Shown here: in pieces, positions 1 to 12,754 of the stretch | Numbering within the stretch: position 1 is the stretch's first letter | Layout of the letters: every line of letters begins with the position of its first letter | Source of the DNA: Lingula anatina | Taxonomy: Eukaryota; Animalia; Brachiopoda | DNA: 64,000 nucleotides | Assembly: GCA_051362555.1 (NCBI GenBank) | Contig: CM120641.1 | Span: 25,240,401 to 25,304,400, forward strand | Direction of reading: 5' to 3' | Program-made: the position numbers and the translations under genes | Notes under the pieces: generated by a model | Databases searched by the model: none | The model's input: the letters and a program-made list of their open reading frames with translations, nothing else | What the model was told of the DNA's origin: nothing

Positions 1-601
1 TTTGTGAAGATTGGAGGAAAGTTTATCTCTGCTAGTAGGGCCTACAAACTGATGCAAATTGCATTAAAATTGTCGTCAGGTACAGAAAAAAAAAACATCG
101 GGCTTTCAGACAGCAAATCATCTATGTTGTCATTAAAAGTTGTTGTGTAGGCCTACCGGTCTGTACACCCCCGTCTTCTCCTAAATTCCACCCAAGTAGT
201 TCCACTTCTCGTTGTCCCCAGAATGTACACTTGATAGTACCATTCCTTTTTGTAAAAAAGTTTTCTGACTGAACATTAAACGAAATTTCACTCGTACATT
301 CATGATACACTGCTGAAAAGATTCACCATCCCATATTGCAATACGTGTACAAGGTCCCCTAAGTTTGCACACGCAAAATTTAGCTTGTTAATAATGTGTT
401 AATATGTAGATAACTCACCGTTTTGGCGGACTGCCACCCCCTCTCTTACCCTCCACTAAGGCTGCAGAGTGATTTTCACTTAATATATATATATATATAT
501 ATTCGCAGATATGTCACTGCTGATTAATTATGTTCACTTTTCTGTGAATATCAGATAAAAAACCAATCCTTGGCCCTGGTAGAGGGTATCCCACCCCAAT
601 G

Positions 602-602
<1 letters not shown>

Positions 603-646
<44 letters not shown>

Positions 647-650
647 ACAC
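603..650. repeat. (CA)n microsatellite
   Basis: Direct CA run of about 24 units with one interruption. Confidence 0.95.
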
Positions 651-1145
651 TGAATCTACACACGTACTTTTGGAACTCTACTACTCTACAACTCTGTCTC
701 GAAACTAAGATCGTCCTCCTAAATGACTAGGACGGAAGCGGCAGTCAATGGGTGGAGAGTTTTCGTTTCAATATACTCTACGTTGATGTTGATGGTTTGC
801 ACAATAGTGACAGAGGTGACCTTGAATGGCTGAATATTGGACACTATCTTTTTCAATTTCAAATCGCTTAATGATGTTGAAGGTAAAAGCCTCATAATTG
901 GTAAATAAGCATTAAATCTTCTCTGCTCGCATTTTTCAATATGAGCGAAGTACCAACGGATGTTATTTTTTCTTGAAACGCTAACCTGCCGATATACGCT
1001 TGCTGCCCGTACATCTATGAACCATTAGAGTTTAAAAGCCTCTTGCTCTCCAGTCCCCCGTTGAGTAGGTTAATGATTGATGAAGCATTTGCTGGAAATG
1101 ATTGAGTTCGTGCATTGGCAATATTTGAATCTAACAGACGAGATG

Positions 1146-1314
1146 CAGGCCCGTAGCCAATGGCGGGTTCGGGGGGTTCGAAAGAACCGCCCCTTTTGCC
1201 AGGGAAAGGTCCATTTTAGGTAAATTTTGATTTAGGTACACATAAGTTTCATTGTAGAAGGTCCACTTTTTCAGAAAAAGAACCCCCCTTTTGAATTTGC
1301 TGGCTACGGGCCTG
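1146..1314. mobile_element. MITE / non-autonomous DNA transposon
   Basis: Terminal inverted repeats CAGGCCCGTAGCCA ... TGGCTACGGGCCTG, plus internal GGGGGGTTC / GAACCCCCC. No clean TSD seen. Confidence 0.8.
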
Positions 1315-2322
1315 AGATCGTTTACCAGATGCCTGAACTGTTATAAGTAAACGTTTAAATCGGCCACTCACCAGTTCAAAAAGTATATAACAAGCAGCAA
1401 ATAAAATCTTTAATAAAAATCCTGGAGATTCCAGAGCCTTTTCTGTCTAAGTTGGTCACAGAATTGCGTCTGCAAAGCCCATTTTTGAAGTCTCACGTCT
1501 TTATTTCCTGTCGTAACAAAGCTACTAGTACTGTATACTAGTAAATTTTGCTATTTACAGTAAAATAGAAAATTTGAACTCGAAAACGGGTTTATAGATC
1601 GTAAATTTACTCAACGGTGTTGGATAAGGCAGGCCTAAAAAGAGAAATTGATTTTCCTTTTTTAAGGCTTAACAGGTTTTTACTGTTCGTGCTATGTATT
1701 CGTATATGCATATATAGAAGTGTTATGTCTTAAGTATATGTTTAAGTTTTATTTTTTTAATTCTCTCAGTTTATTTTAAACATTGAAAAGAAAAAGAAAA
1801 AATAATTGATAAGTATTCATTTTTCATTTACTCGAAACATTGCTTAAATTCATTCCAAAATAAATCGTCTCAGTGCGTGATTATGAATTTCGAATGTCCT
1901 TTTTCAACTAAAGGTTGTATGAGACGGGATACCCCGAAAAGCCCTAATATTGCAGTCATACATTTAACAAAACGAGCTATAATCATTATCATGGTTGGGC
2001 ATGGAGAGGAAGAGGGGGCGTCCCCACCTCTTCTAAAACAATACAATATGACAGATACAACTCTCGTCCGACTCTGAAGTAGATAAGGTACATGTACATG
2101 CGGATACCGATACTGTTACAAATGCCATAGCGTTGGGGGAGGTGGGGAACAGGATGGAAAAAAAGAAAAAACTATGTGATACTTGGTGTTTTAAACCTCG
2201 CGAGTCAACTTCACTGACAGTACAGCGTGTTGCTTTAACAGGCGAGTGTCATCGCTGTCATCTGGGGAAACGTTTGCGGTGAATAATGAAGGTGCATATA
2301 TCTCAACTGTGATTATATACGG

Positions 2323-2490
2323 TTATTACTAGTACCCCCGGCAAGGAGGTTAAGTTTTTGGTTCCGTTAGTTAGTCTGTCTTCAACATAATGCAAAAAGT
2401 GAGAAGATTTTGGCGATGGCCCATTTCTCAATTAATGGCTAATTATAAGTTATTTTGTCTTGGCGGAGGTCTGCACTCTTTGGGTGCTTT
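2323..2490 (-). mobile_element. Short degenerate Helentron/DINE-like repeat
   Basis: Ends TTATTAC...CCCGGCAAGGAGGTTAAGTTTT and TTGGCGGAGGTCTGCACTCT resemble a widespread marine-animal non-autonomous repeat; recognised from memory only. Confidence 0.45.
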
Positions 2491-4684
2491 ACGGCTGGCT
2501 TTACCAGTCTATGTTTTACCCGAATCTCCAATGAACGAGGATGAGATGGATTTTCAGGGCATGTACTTAAATTCAGTCCATTACTTCGATATTGGGAAAT
2601 AGGGTTATTCCAGCGTAATTGGGTACCCGATTCATGATGTAGCGGATATGGCTGTGATTAGGAAATACTTAAGCCGTAATCTATAACTATCATCAGCGAG
2701 ATTGCAACATTTAAAAAATGGATGTTATTTTCCACGGCAAATCTTAAGTATCCACAATACCATCATTATCTCTGTCATTAAGCTAGATTCTATCATTAAC
2801 CCAGAAGGGGTTCAATTTTAAACAAGTGTCAGCAGATTACTAAGTAAGGATTCACAAAGGAACTTAAAGTTAACGGTTGGTTCTAATTTAAAGACATTTA
2901 GACCGAATATTTTGGTCTAATTTGATGTAGGCTAAACAGGTGGCAGCTCACTTCAGTGACGGTATTGTAGTTTAATGACAGTATTGTGGTTATTTTCGCT
3001 AGTTCAGAATTAACTAGATTGTTCGATTAACCTTGGCCTTGGGTCCTGTTTTAAGGATTCTGAAACAGATCCTAGGCAGCTGTAGTTATCTAGCACACCA
3101 CAGCAAAATGAACCCCACTGGAAAATTCAAGGCGCGTCCGGTAGAATAAACACAATAGTATTACTATTACCTCTGTTGACATTAAATAGAGGAAACTAAG
3201 CCTTTGCTGATGTGAGGTAAGGACACCCTGAGATTCAGAGGTCACTGAATTCCCAACTCTATTATTAGCATACTTTTGCCCTACAGGGCACGGCGGAGAC
3301 ATTTTAATAATACTAGATTTAACTTAAAAGTTTTGCAGTGGTCTTGGAAACTCAGGGTGGAGGAAGAGGAACTCTCCTTACATGTTTCTATGTTTTAAAA
3401 AATTCAGAAGAAGTAGTGGTGGGTTTAACTCATTATATGATATATCGCAGCTGAGGCTTTTTCTGTATACATGTATATGTCCGTTACTAGATCGGCTAGA
3501 TTGCTGGTGGGGCGCAATCGCGTCGAAATTTTAATATCTATAATTAAACAGTCTATTTTTTTCATATGTAACGTCCTCAAAATGCATGCTCATTCACAGG
3601 GCATTTTGCGATCTGATTTGCAATCAAGAATCCATTGGATTGTGCTTATTAGAGTATATTTACTCCACTCAGTGTATGTACAGAAATTAACAACGGATTT
3701 AAACAAGAGGCCAATCTATACAATATGTCTGTACACTTACCATTCAACGTAATGCGATTTGTGTCGACAGCTAATTGCACAGACCTTAAAATCTTAGCTA
3801 CAATGATATATATATAATATACCCACATAAAGTGGTAACTGAAATATATCAAACTTAACATGACATCCTTACTACTCGTATAAAACAGTAAAAACCATAT
3901 GATTCTCCGCACCAGTAACATGATTATTCAATACGCCTGAAAATGTACATTCCCCTCTATATGATATTCCCTAAAAGCTTGTTGATTTATTCTTTCACGA
4001 CTCTGATTTATACCTGCAAATGTCTACATGTCGGGATTATTGTGGAAAGTAATGAAGCACTTAAAAAGTAACACTTTTTTCACAGTCACGACATCGTGCT
4101 CAGGCCGTAATAATGAAGAAAATTGACTTGTCGTCTGAAAACTTCCCTATGGCCAACTGTGCACACTTTTTCTATCTAAATAGTAATGATATACCATATT
4201 GATTAAAACAAAGTAAATTTTTGTAATAAAAGAAGATCTTTGCCACATCCATTCCCTCGCGACATTGCCTCTACCGTCTGAAGTTTTCTACCGTGAAACT
4301 ATAGGCCTACATCTAATACTATACAGTAATTACTCTTGTAATTAAAATATCATGCTCCTTCTAAGGGAGGAAACAAAATATTATTCAAAAATATTATTTT
4401 CTCCGAATTTTGAGTGGTAAGGTCAACACTGAGTGTATTTGAAAACCATTTGCAATATTGTATATGTTACTAATACCAGCAATTTGGATGATGCATCATT
4501 TTGACAGTTTACAAAACCGGAGACTGCACATTAATAGTTAGATTCTATTAACACAACGGAGGAAATGGTCATAAATTATTGCCTTACGAGCTGACGAGTA
4601 CATGTACATAAGATCACTGAATAATAATAATATAAGGATTTATCTAACAGCAAATAATTGGTATAGAAACCAGTCGTCGAAAGT

Positions 4685-5887
4685 TTATAATTTGTCCGAT
4701 GCACGTTGGACATCATTATTATTTACGGTCAATAACATAGCCGTTCCAACCTCCGATTCGCCCGCGACGCTAATTGTTTCCATACCGTTTGTCACAGGTA
4801 ATGACCGCGACCACCTGGAAGGCAAAAACAGCGTTTGGACATTGGCTCTAAAGGACGCAGAGAGCAACGCATATGCAACACAGTTCATGCTGAATCTAGT
4901 TAAAGATAACATGTGGAACACATCGTGCAAGAAGTTCTCTTCCGGCGAGGAACTGTACTCGAAGTCCCCGTATATCATCTGTAGAACGATGACCCGTACC
5001 TGCATAACATGCTGAGGTAGTGAGAGCACAAAATATAAGGAACTGATCGCGATTGGGATCTTTACGTGGAAGATCGCGTCCTCACCATTCAGTGAAGATC
5101 GATCTTGCGGTTGGGCAAAGCCCTGGTTCATCTCCCCATCTTGAATGTGACTTGGGAGTGTCTCTAATGCGCTGGTCATATATGTCTGCCGTGCCGGGTC
5201 ACGTTTGAAGTAAGATCTTCTCAGGCAAATGTAAACTATTAAAACGCAAACAGTACATAGCATGACATCTGGAAGGATTATAACAATAAAAGTTTCGATT
5301 TTTTCCATGACAACCAAAGTTGAGAAATACAGTCCAAAGAGTGGGAAACACATCCCCGATTCCACCCCCGACATCCATGTAAGGTGAAGGAATGCCATAC
5401 CTGCGAACAGTCCCAGCCACGCCACAACCACCTTGCAGTGGACAGACCTGAAGTGCTTCTGTGCTCTTCTTGCCCGGGAGATGTACATGGTGGAGAAGAA
5501 GGCCAGAATAACGACCAGCCAAGTACAAAGGCACCGCAGCACGTAGGATGCATACAATACTGCCTGACATACGCCATTAGGCAAAGCAAACCCGAAGTTC
5601 AGGCGCTCTAGCCCAACCATGAACGCCGAAATCAGGTAACACGCGTCTGATATAGACATCACTGACAAGAGATACGTTGCCGCTATGGTCTTGTACAACA
5701 CCGGGCGTCGAAAGATAACTGCTGAGAAAATGCTGCAAAAGATCCCTGTACATATCACTACCAGTTTAACAAGATAATCGAAATGGTAAGGCCCATCCAG
5801 CAGGAGCTGTGGGCTGTTGCCTGTTCGGTTCGGTGCCTTTAATGAGGTATTCGGTCTTAAGTCGGGGGCGTCCTGAAGTAGGTCCAT
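4685..5887 (-). CDS. Intronless rhodopsin-like (class A) GPCR, orphan peptide-receptor-like, 400 aa
   Basis: Seven hydrophobic segments; TM2 'YLLSVMSISDACYL', Cys at the start of TM3 (GVCQ) and in ECL2 (GMCF), TM5 'ILPDV', TM6 'LSLPQHV', TM7/H8 'MNCVAYALLSASFR'; N-terminal N-glycosylation sequons (NTS, NRT). Confidence 0.88.
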   Translation of the reverse strand: MDLLQDAPDLRPNTSLKAPNRTGNSPQLLLDGPYHFDYLVKLVVICTGIFCSIFSAVIFRRPVLYKTIAATYLLSVMSISDACYLISAFMVGLERLNFGFALPNGVCQAVLYASYVLRCLCTWLVVILAFFSTMYISRARRAQKHFRSVHCKVVVAWLGLFAGMAFLHLTWMSGVESGMCFPLFGLYFSTLVVMEKIETFIVIILPDVMLCTVCVLIVYICLRRSYFKRDPARQTYMTSALETLPSHIQDGEMNQGFAQPQDRSSLNGEDAIFHVKIPIAISSLYFVLSLPQHVMQVRVIVLQMIYGDFEYSSSPEENFLHDVFHMLSLTRFSMNCVAYALLSASFRANVQTLFLPSRWSRSLPVTNGMETISVAGESEVGTAMLLTVNNNDVQRASDKL

Positions 5888-7547
5888 TATGTTATAACTT
5901 TAACACCCAAGACAAATGTGTGCCGTCTCCTGGACTGACGTGACAAGCCGTTCTGGTATTTTTAAGTCTGCTACAGTATTGCCAGCTGATACGGTCATAC
6001 ACTCACACACACTCACACGTTGACACATACCACTTAGCCGACCATTAACGCACGAGATTTTGATTGGCAGTTGTTGTAGACAGACAGGTAAGTCCCGCCC
6101 TCTGGTTGAGCTATGCACAAAACGAGCTCACAGCGCTTTCGATTGCATTGATTAGATTAAACCAGTAAGCTAAGAGTATTTGACAGACGGGTAGGATGTT
6201 GTGCAAATCCCTTTACGTAGGTGTCACTTTAACAGCTACAAATTGCTGTTTTTTTTATGTAAGCTGCGTCACATATTCATTAACTGTGTTAATTAACTAC
6301 TATACAATCATACTCAATAACAAACTATACTAGCTTTGAAAATTAACACGACGATGGTGGAAGTAGATGAACATTGTTCAGTTTGAAGGAAACTAACGAA
6401 GGCTGGTCATTATCAAATTATGTCTTCTGTATCAGGCTACTTGAATTCTGTAAGACTTTTTCTTATAAGATATAACAAATAATGGTAATGACTTTAAGGC
6501 TTAATTACCTATTTAACTATAAGATGTCAGCACTGTTCGAGTATAAGACTGATGGTGGTAAACGTGTTCTGTTCGCGTGCAATTCTTTTATCCTTGGTTA
6601 TTTCTAAAATCTTATAAAATATTTTTAAAAAATTGAGGCTAAGTGGCCCACACAATCTTATAGTCACGTTGCATAACATGCTTCCAACGTGTTGGTTTAG
6701 GATGTTATTTCCTAGGTGTTGATTTTTCTGATTCTTACTAATCATGGTTCCTGGGATACCATGAAGTGACAGGCGGAGTCATTAACGTCATTAACGTCAT
6801 TGCCCTTATCTGACATATAGTCAGTCGTACCATACTGTGAACACACCTTTTTTTGTTTCTTCAGTTAACATTTCAGGTCATGAGTACAATATACAATCTC
6901 GACAGATGTGTTTTTAAATGTATTTTCATCAAATTTCACAAAAGACAAAATGGTGAATTATCTGCCTTAGCCAATATTCCATATTTTTTGTCTCGGACAA
7001 TGACTGATTATACAGTATACAAAATCGGATGTACAGTCCAAATGGTACCATATGCTAGAGCCAATTTTACTAATTCAAGATGACAATGCTACACTTTCCA
7101 GTGCTCGCAGAACACAGCAATTCTTTAATAACCAGAAGATTGAGCAAAATAGACCTGCTAATTCTCTTTGAATCCCATAGAGCACTGCTGGGACGCTCTA
7201 GACCATGCTGTAGGGGAGAGAGGTCCTGTCGACTATTAATCTCAGCTTGAGATGCACCAAACAACTAGTTGAGTCAGTACATTGAAGAAAGGATTATGTC
7301 ATTTAGACTCGTTGCAGCTACGCGAGAAAGCTTCATCTTTAGGTGACTGGCATTTTTAGCCAACCCTATGGTTACTTAAAAAAGACAGTTGCCGATAATA
7401 AAACAGATTTATAATTGATTGCCATAAGGAGCCCAAACGGAAAAGAGTCCCAAATATACGGTGATTTAAAGTCAGGGCATGAAATTAAAATAAGCTAGTT
7501 GAACAATGCACTTTATCATAGTTTTATTATCAATTTTAAGAAGAGTA

Positions 7548-7590
<43 letters not shown>

Positions 7591-7591
7591 T
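7548..7591. repeat. (TTA)n microsatellite
   Basis: Direct run; a second short (TTA)n run is at about 11050-11068. Confidence 0.9.
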
Positions 7592-9499
7592 ACAGGGTAC
7601 CTTCATGTTAATGAAAAGCATCATATCAAGTCACATTATAACTAAATTATCATCGAAGGGCAGTTAATGCCTTTTTTTTCAGCAATCAGTGACACAAGTC
7701 GGAATAATTTAAATTTGGTTCGTCTTATGTGCAGCGGTAAAAATAATTCGCCCAATTCATAAACAGCAATTTGAAGTCCTGTCAATAATTATTAATATTA
7801 ACTGGAATAGATGTTTATGCTCATTAAAATCCGGACTATGCGTATAAAAGTTTATCCTCTTTTTACTCTCAAACGTTCCTCCTAACCTGGAGTGAACCCG
7901 CATATGTCACCTTTATTAAATCGGATTGGAGATTTGTATTAAAAGAGATTTCCCATCCTGCTTCACCTCAAATCGTTACTTAACTCCTATTGGCTTGACT
8001 GCACGTGTGTCGTGCAGATTCTCCACAGTCCCAGCTATTTGTAACACTTTTGATATGGGAAAACGACGCTCCTTATAATGCAGCGTGACTCGAGCCTAAA
8101 AGGCGCAGCACATGTACATGTAGCTATCTGTGAATTCGAAGACATCTTTAAAAAACGTGATGTTGTTTCCGTTGTTTGTGAAAAAAGGCAGAATAAGTTT
8201 TGGTACAATGTTTTCATGTAGATGGATCAGAATGCACATACCGAAGTTCCGGGTACGCATGAAGGTGTTAAAAAGTTAAGCTTCAAAATATATTTGGTAC
8301 AAAAAAAAATTAAAAAAAAAAAAAAACCCATAAGCTCAGAACGCCCTCACTTGAAAATGCGTTACGTACATGTATGTTGAAAGTAAACATGGTGAGATCG
8401 AGCGCAAAATATAGTGCGATAGTGTGATGCGTGAGGTATTACTTTATGAACCAATTTAATGCAACAGGTTGTTACGCTCGGGTGATAAATATAGTTTATT
8501 GTTCTGACTACGTTCGTCTTTCTCTAGAATCATGTGGTTGTTCGATGACCGAACACTGCCAAGAGACATCGTGGAATAACGTGAAAATGACGGTGTGACT
8601 CTCCGGAAAACTCCCATAGAATGACGTACCACACCAATAGTTGTTCCATATTTCAAATAGACTGTTTGGAGAGAATTTTAATAATTTTTAATAACGTTTA
8701 TTTTATTGTGATTTATTGTACTTATTCATAATAAATGATCATTAAGTTTTTATAGATAGCGTCAGAATCATATTTGTAATTGCTTTTATAAAGCACGATT
8801 TCAATTGATCCTTATTCGCTTATCTTTCAAATGGAACGGCTACGGATCATAACAGGACAGAAGGTGTATGACCAGCTTTTTTAGACGGATTACAGCATTT
8901 GTCCCAACTTTAATAACTGTCATATGGCTAAATAAGTTCAGGTGATGTTTATACTAATCACAACACACGCAGTACCATTCTGATGACATTCTAGTGGCCC
9001 CTGTCGCCACATTATTAAACAAAGCCAAAATTACCATTTAAGTTTCTCTTTAGGATTATAAGTGGGAATTAAACGAGCTATGAACATCCTGTTTGGTTGT
9101 TATTAAACCCTGTCGATTATGAACCCTTTTGTTGCCACTGCAGGTTTGAGGCTAAAAAAAAAAGAACAGCATTTTTTATTTGTTTCCTGGTAAGCCTTAA
9201 GATGCATACATCGTATTAGGCGAGTGCTTATGTCAAATTTTTGCAACTAAACCAAATAATTACCAAATGCCACCAAAATGTTCCAAATAATGTAAATTAA
9301 AGAAATAACATCATTTCCTTAAAAATAGTATTAACACAGATTATTTGTGTTGACTTTCTGTGCTTTGGGCAATTTTTTAGGGGGGGGGGCAATGGATTTT
9401 GTTTGTGTTGTGTAAGAATCTGATACTGGTAATTTATTTACGTCACAGAGCATTCACTCTAGTTTCATGTATATATTAAGTAATTCAGTTGTTTCATTA

Positions 9500-10760
9500 A
9501 ATGCTTCCTATTCAAGTTCAACAGTAACTTTGTGCGTATCTCTGCCAGTTTTTGAGATATAAGGGAAAGAAAATTTGCAAAGTTCAGTTCATGGTGAAAA
9601 TAAGGTCACAGTTAGATTACCAGTATATGACTTCCTATTCAAATTCAATAGTAACTATGGGCCTATCTGTTCAGTTCAGTTCATGATGAAAAGTAGGTCA
9701 AAGGTCAATTTAAAGGTCACACTTAGATTGCCAGTATATGACTTCCTATATAAGTTTAATAGTAACTATGGGTGTATCTCTACCAGCTTTGGAGATATAA
9801 GGGATTTAAATGTTGCAAAGTTCAGTTCATGGTGAAAAGTAGGTCAAAGGTCAATTTTAAGATCACAGTTAAATTGCCTGTACACGACTTTCATTTCAAA
9901 TTTAATAGTAACTATGGGCGTATCTTTGCCAGTTTTGAAAGTATAAGCACTGAAAATTTTTTGCAAAGTTCAGTTCATGGTGAAAAGTGGGTCAAGGTCA
10001 ATTTTAAGGTCACAGTTAGATTGCCAGTATATGACTTCCTATTCAAGTTCAATAGTAACTATGAGCGTTTCCTTGCCAGTTTTGGAGATATAAGGGATAG
10101 AAAAGTTGCAAACTTCAGTTTTTGGTGAAAAGTAGGTCAAAGGTCAATTTCAAGAACACAGATTGCCAGTATAAAGAGTTCCTATTCAACTTCAGTTAAA
10201 ACTATGGGCCTATCTCTGCCAGTTTTGGAGATATAAGGGACTAAAATGTTCCAAACTTCAGTTCATGGTGAAAAGTAGGTCAAAGGTCAATGTCAAGGTC
10301 ACAGTTAAATTGCCAGTATATGTCTTCCTATTCAACTTCAATAGTAACTATGGACCTATCTCTACCAGTTTTGGAGATATAAGGGACTAAATGTTACAAT
10401 TTTGGAGTTACAATAATGTACCATAAAATTCCTACAGAAGAAATTAATTGGAAAAATGTGTCATTGGTTGTAATTCTTGAAATGGGAGGTGGTCAGAAGT
10501 TCCAGATGTTCAAAATTCATGAAATAATGTCATTTTTGACCAGAAGTTGTCTACCTCGCCAAGCCTTATGTTATCTTTTCCAGACGTTCAAAATTTTGTG
10601 CATATAACCGTATTGTACATTTTACTTTCACCACCAAAATGTACTTTTTGGTACAGCATAACTCATAAACCGTATGAAAAAAAAACGGAGACCACTTGCA
10701 GTGTTGGGTTTGACATGCTCTATCAAATGCAAAAAACAAGGGGTCTCTAGCATTAACGCT
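9500..10760 (+). repeat. ~146 bp satellite array (about 6 units) plus unique tail; partial copy of the HINE-like element at 53.36-56.29 kb
   Basis: Repeating AAGTTCAGTTCATGGTGAAAAGTAGGTCAAAGGTCAATTT...GACTTCCTATTCAA...AATAGTAACTATGG. Tail 10390-10760 matches 55305-55680. Confidence 0.9.
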
Positions 10761-10829
10761 GATAGTACAAATAAATATACGTTAATTTAAAGGGCATGAG
10801 CATCAGTTTTAAGAGGAGTCTATCACCTC

Positions 10830-11046
10830 ATTTCCATAGATTTTTAGATCGATCTATCCCTGTGGGGAGTCTCACTAGATTACTGTCAGCTTGGCCGGCG
10901 TAAGCGTCTGTTCCGCCTACTAAAAGCTGTAAGGGGGTAATTAACTATGGTGCCCGCTCGGCTGACTGCAATTTAGCGTGAACCCCCAGGGAGTTAGGTC
11001 GATCTAAATCTTAATCTCTAGATCGATCTAAATCTCTGGGAAAGCA
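10830..11046. mobile_element. ~217 bp MITE (copy 1)
   Basis: TIRs TTCCATAGATTTTTAGATCGATCTA / TAGATCGATCTAAATCTCTGGGAA; near-identical copy at 21958-22175. Confidence 0.8.
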
Positions 11047-12094
11047 CCCTATTATTATTATTATTATTCGTTTGGTATGCTTCATTTTATAAGGTGTCAC
11101 TTATATGTAAGTTTCAGCAAAATTGGTTCAAAGAAAACAGAAAATCTATTGGGAAAAGATGAAACACTCAAACTGTAGGTTATGAAGAGGTCACCATCAT
11201 CGCAACCAACACATCTCAGACTAATAAGAAATCGTGAATAACCACATTGCATTTCCAGTATAATGAATCTGTCATGATCATATCTTGAACGTCTTAAATT
11301 ATTCAAGGCATACGCTCAAAAGGTATCAACTAGAATGACAAATACCGCAACCATCTAGACGTGAGTCATCATTCAATTGACTACGTGTACATGACTACAT
11401 GAATTCCGTAATTGCGCTTTTTGATTATCATTTTGTTCTGTGAACACTACTTAAATGTTATCAAAACTGTTGTCTCAGAAGATTTATGTGCCAAATGTAA
11501 TATCGTGTAGAACTATTATTATCAAGTGAAATTCTGGCGCATAATAATTGATAGCTCTCGAAAACGTTAAAGTTGACCCAAGTGATGCATTATTTAACCG
11601 CTGTATTAAAAACCGCAAACTTATACTATAATCAATAATTGAGTCATGAGAGTTAAAGATTCTGAAAAATCTCCGTTTTATGTTAGCAAAGGAACACGGA
11701 AGCTTTGCAGGGCTGTAGCAGTAGCTATGTAGTTTAGGATGTTGAAGATTAACAAAATGCATGTTTTACAAACTATCCTGTGTCGAGTCAGTCATACTGT
11801 ATGATCAATGTCATTTGATGAAGGGTCGAAACAGGGTAAAAGCACAACCATCCGCTTCAGAAATGATCTTCTATTTACACAACAGACAAGGAAAAGTCTA
11901 TTTCACCACTTTATTTCTTTTTTTTAATTACTTTTGGAACTAAGTTAACTTTACTTAGTTTTATTCCCACAAATAATACATTAAACAAGCAAAGAGACCT
12001 ACATTATTAGGCTATATACAGGTTTAACCAATATTTAACTAATATATAACCAAACAAAGCTGCAAACGTTTACGTACGTACGTTACTCAAGGCC

Positions 12095-12520
12095 ATATAA
12101 ACGTTCTTCAAATCTGTAAAGTCTATTGAGGGATACTGATCTCGGCACTCAGCCCTATATGTACAGTCACTGATAATTAGCCAAATAAGGTCTAATACAA
12201 TTACGAACGTTCGTAATTCGAGCACTAGCAAAAACGTTCTTCAAATTTGTTAAGTATATCGAGTGAAACTGCATGATCTCGGCACTCAACGTATCTATGC
12301 AGTCACTAATAATTAGCCAAACAAGGTCTTATACATTAATAAACATCCGTTATTGGGAGATTAGCAAAAGCGTTCTTCAAATTTGTAAAGTCTATCGAGT
12401 GAAATTGATCTCGGACTCAGCTGTATATGTACAGTCGCAGACTACGTGGTATTTAGGGATTAGCAAAAACGTTATTTAAATTTTTAATCGAATGAGACGG
12501 ATCTCGGAACTCAGCCGTTT
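12095..12520. repeat. Degenerate ~100-120 bp tandem repeat downstream of the methyltransferase gene
   Basis: Four units of AAACGTTCTTCAAAT(C/T)TG...GAAACTGATCTCGGCACTCAGC; homologous arrays at 19190-19430 + 22835-23010 and 29915-30185. Confidence 0.75.
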
Positions 12521-12754
12521 GAATCGCGCCGCAAGCACAGAGTCTGTTCTTTCGTAACCTACTGGCCCATAACTTTTTGTGATTCAAATCCCAATAGCCC
12601 ATCAAATTTGTTACCTAAAAATATACTGCCACTATCTAACCCCTCCTTACACCTAATATTTTTGTATAATGATAAACAAAATACCAGTATACCAGATTAA
12701 AATTTAGATATATTATATATAATATGGAAACCGTTTCCTCAAAATTACACTTCT

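Noticed and set aside
4602-5611. ORFs overlapping the GPCR
   Set aside because: Alternative-frame or antisense shadows with no motifs.
9500-10400. Regular repeats and short ORFs as a CRISPR array or repeat protein
   Set aside because: Whole units repeat with no unique spacers, there are no cas genes, and the context is eukaryotic; this is satellite DNA.
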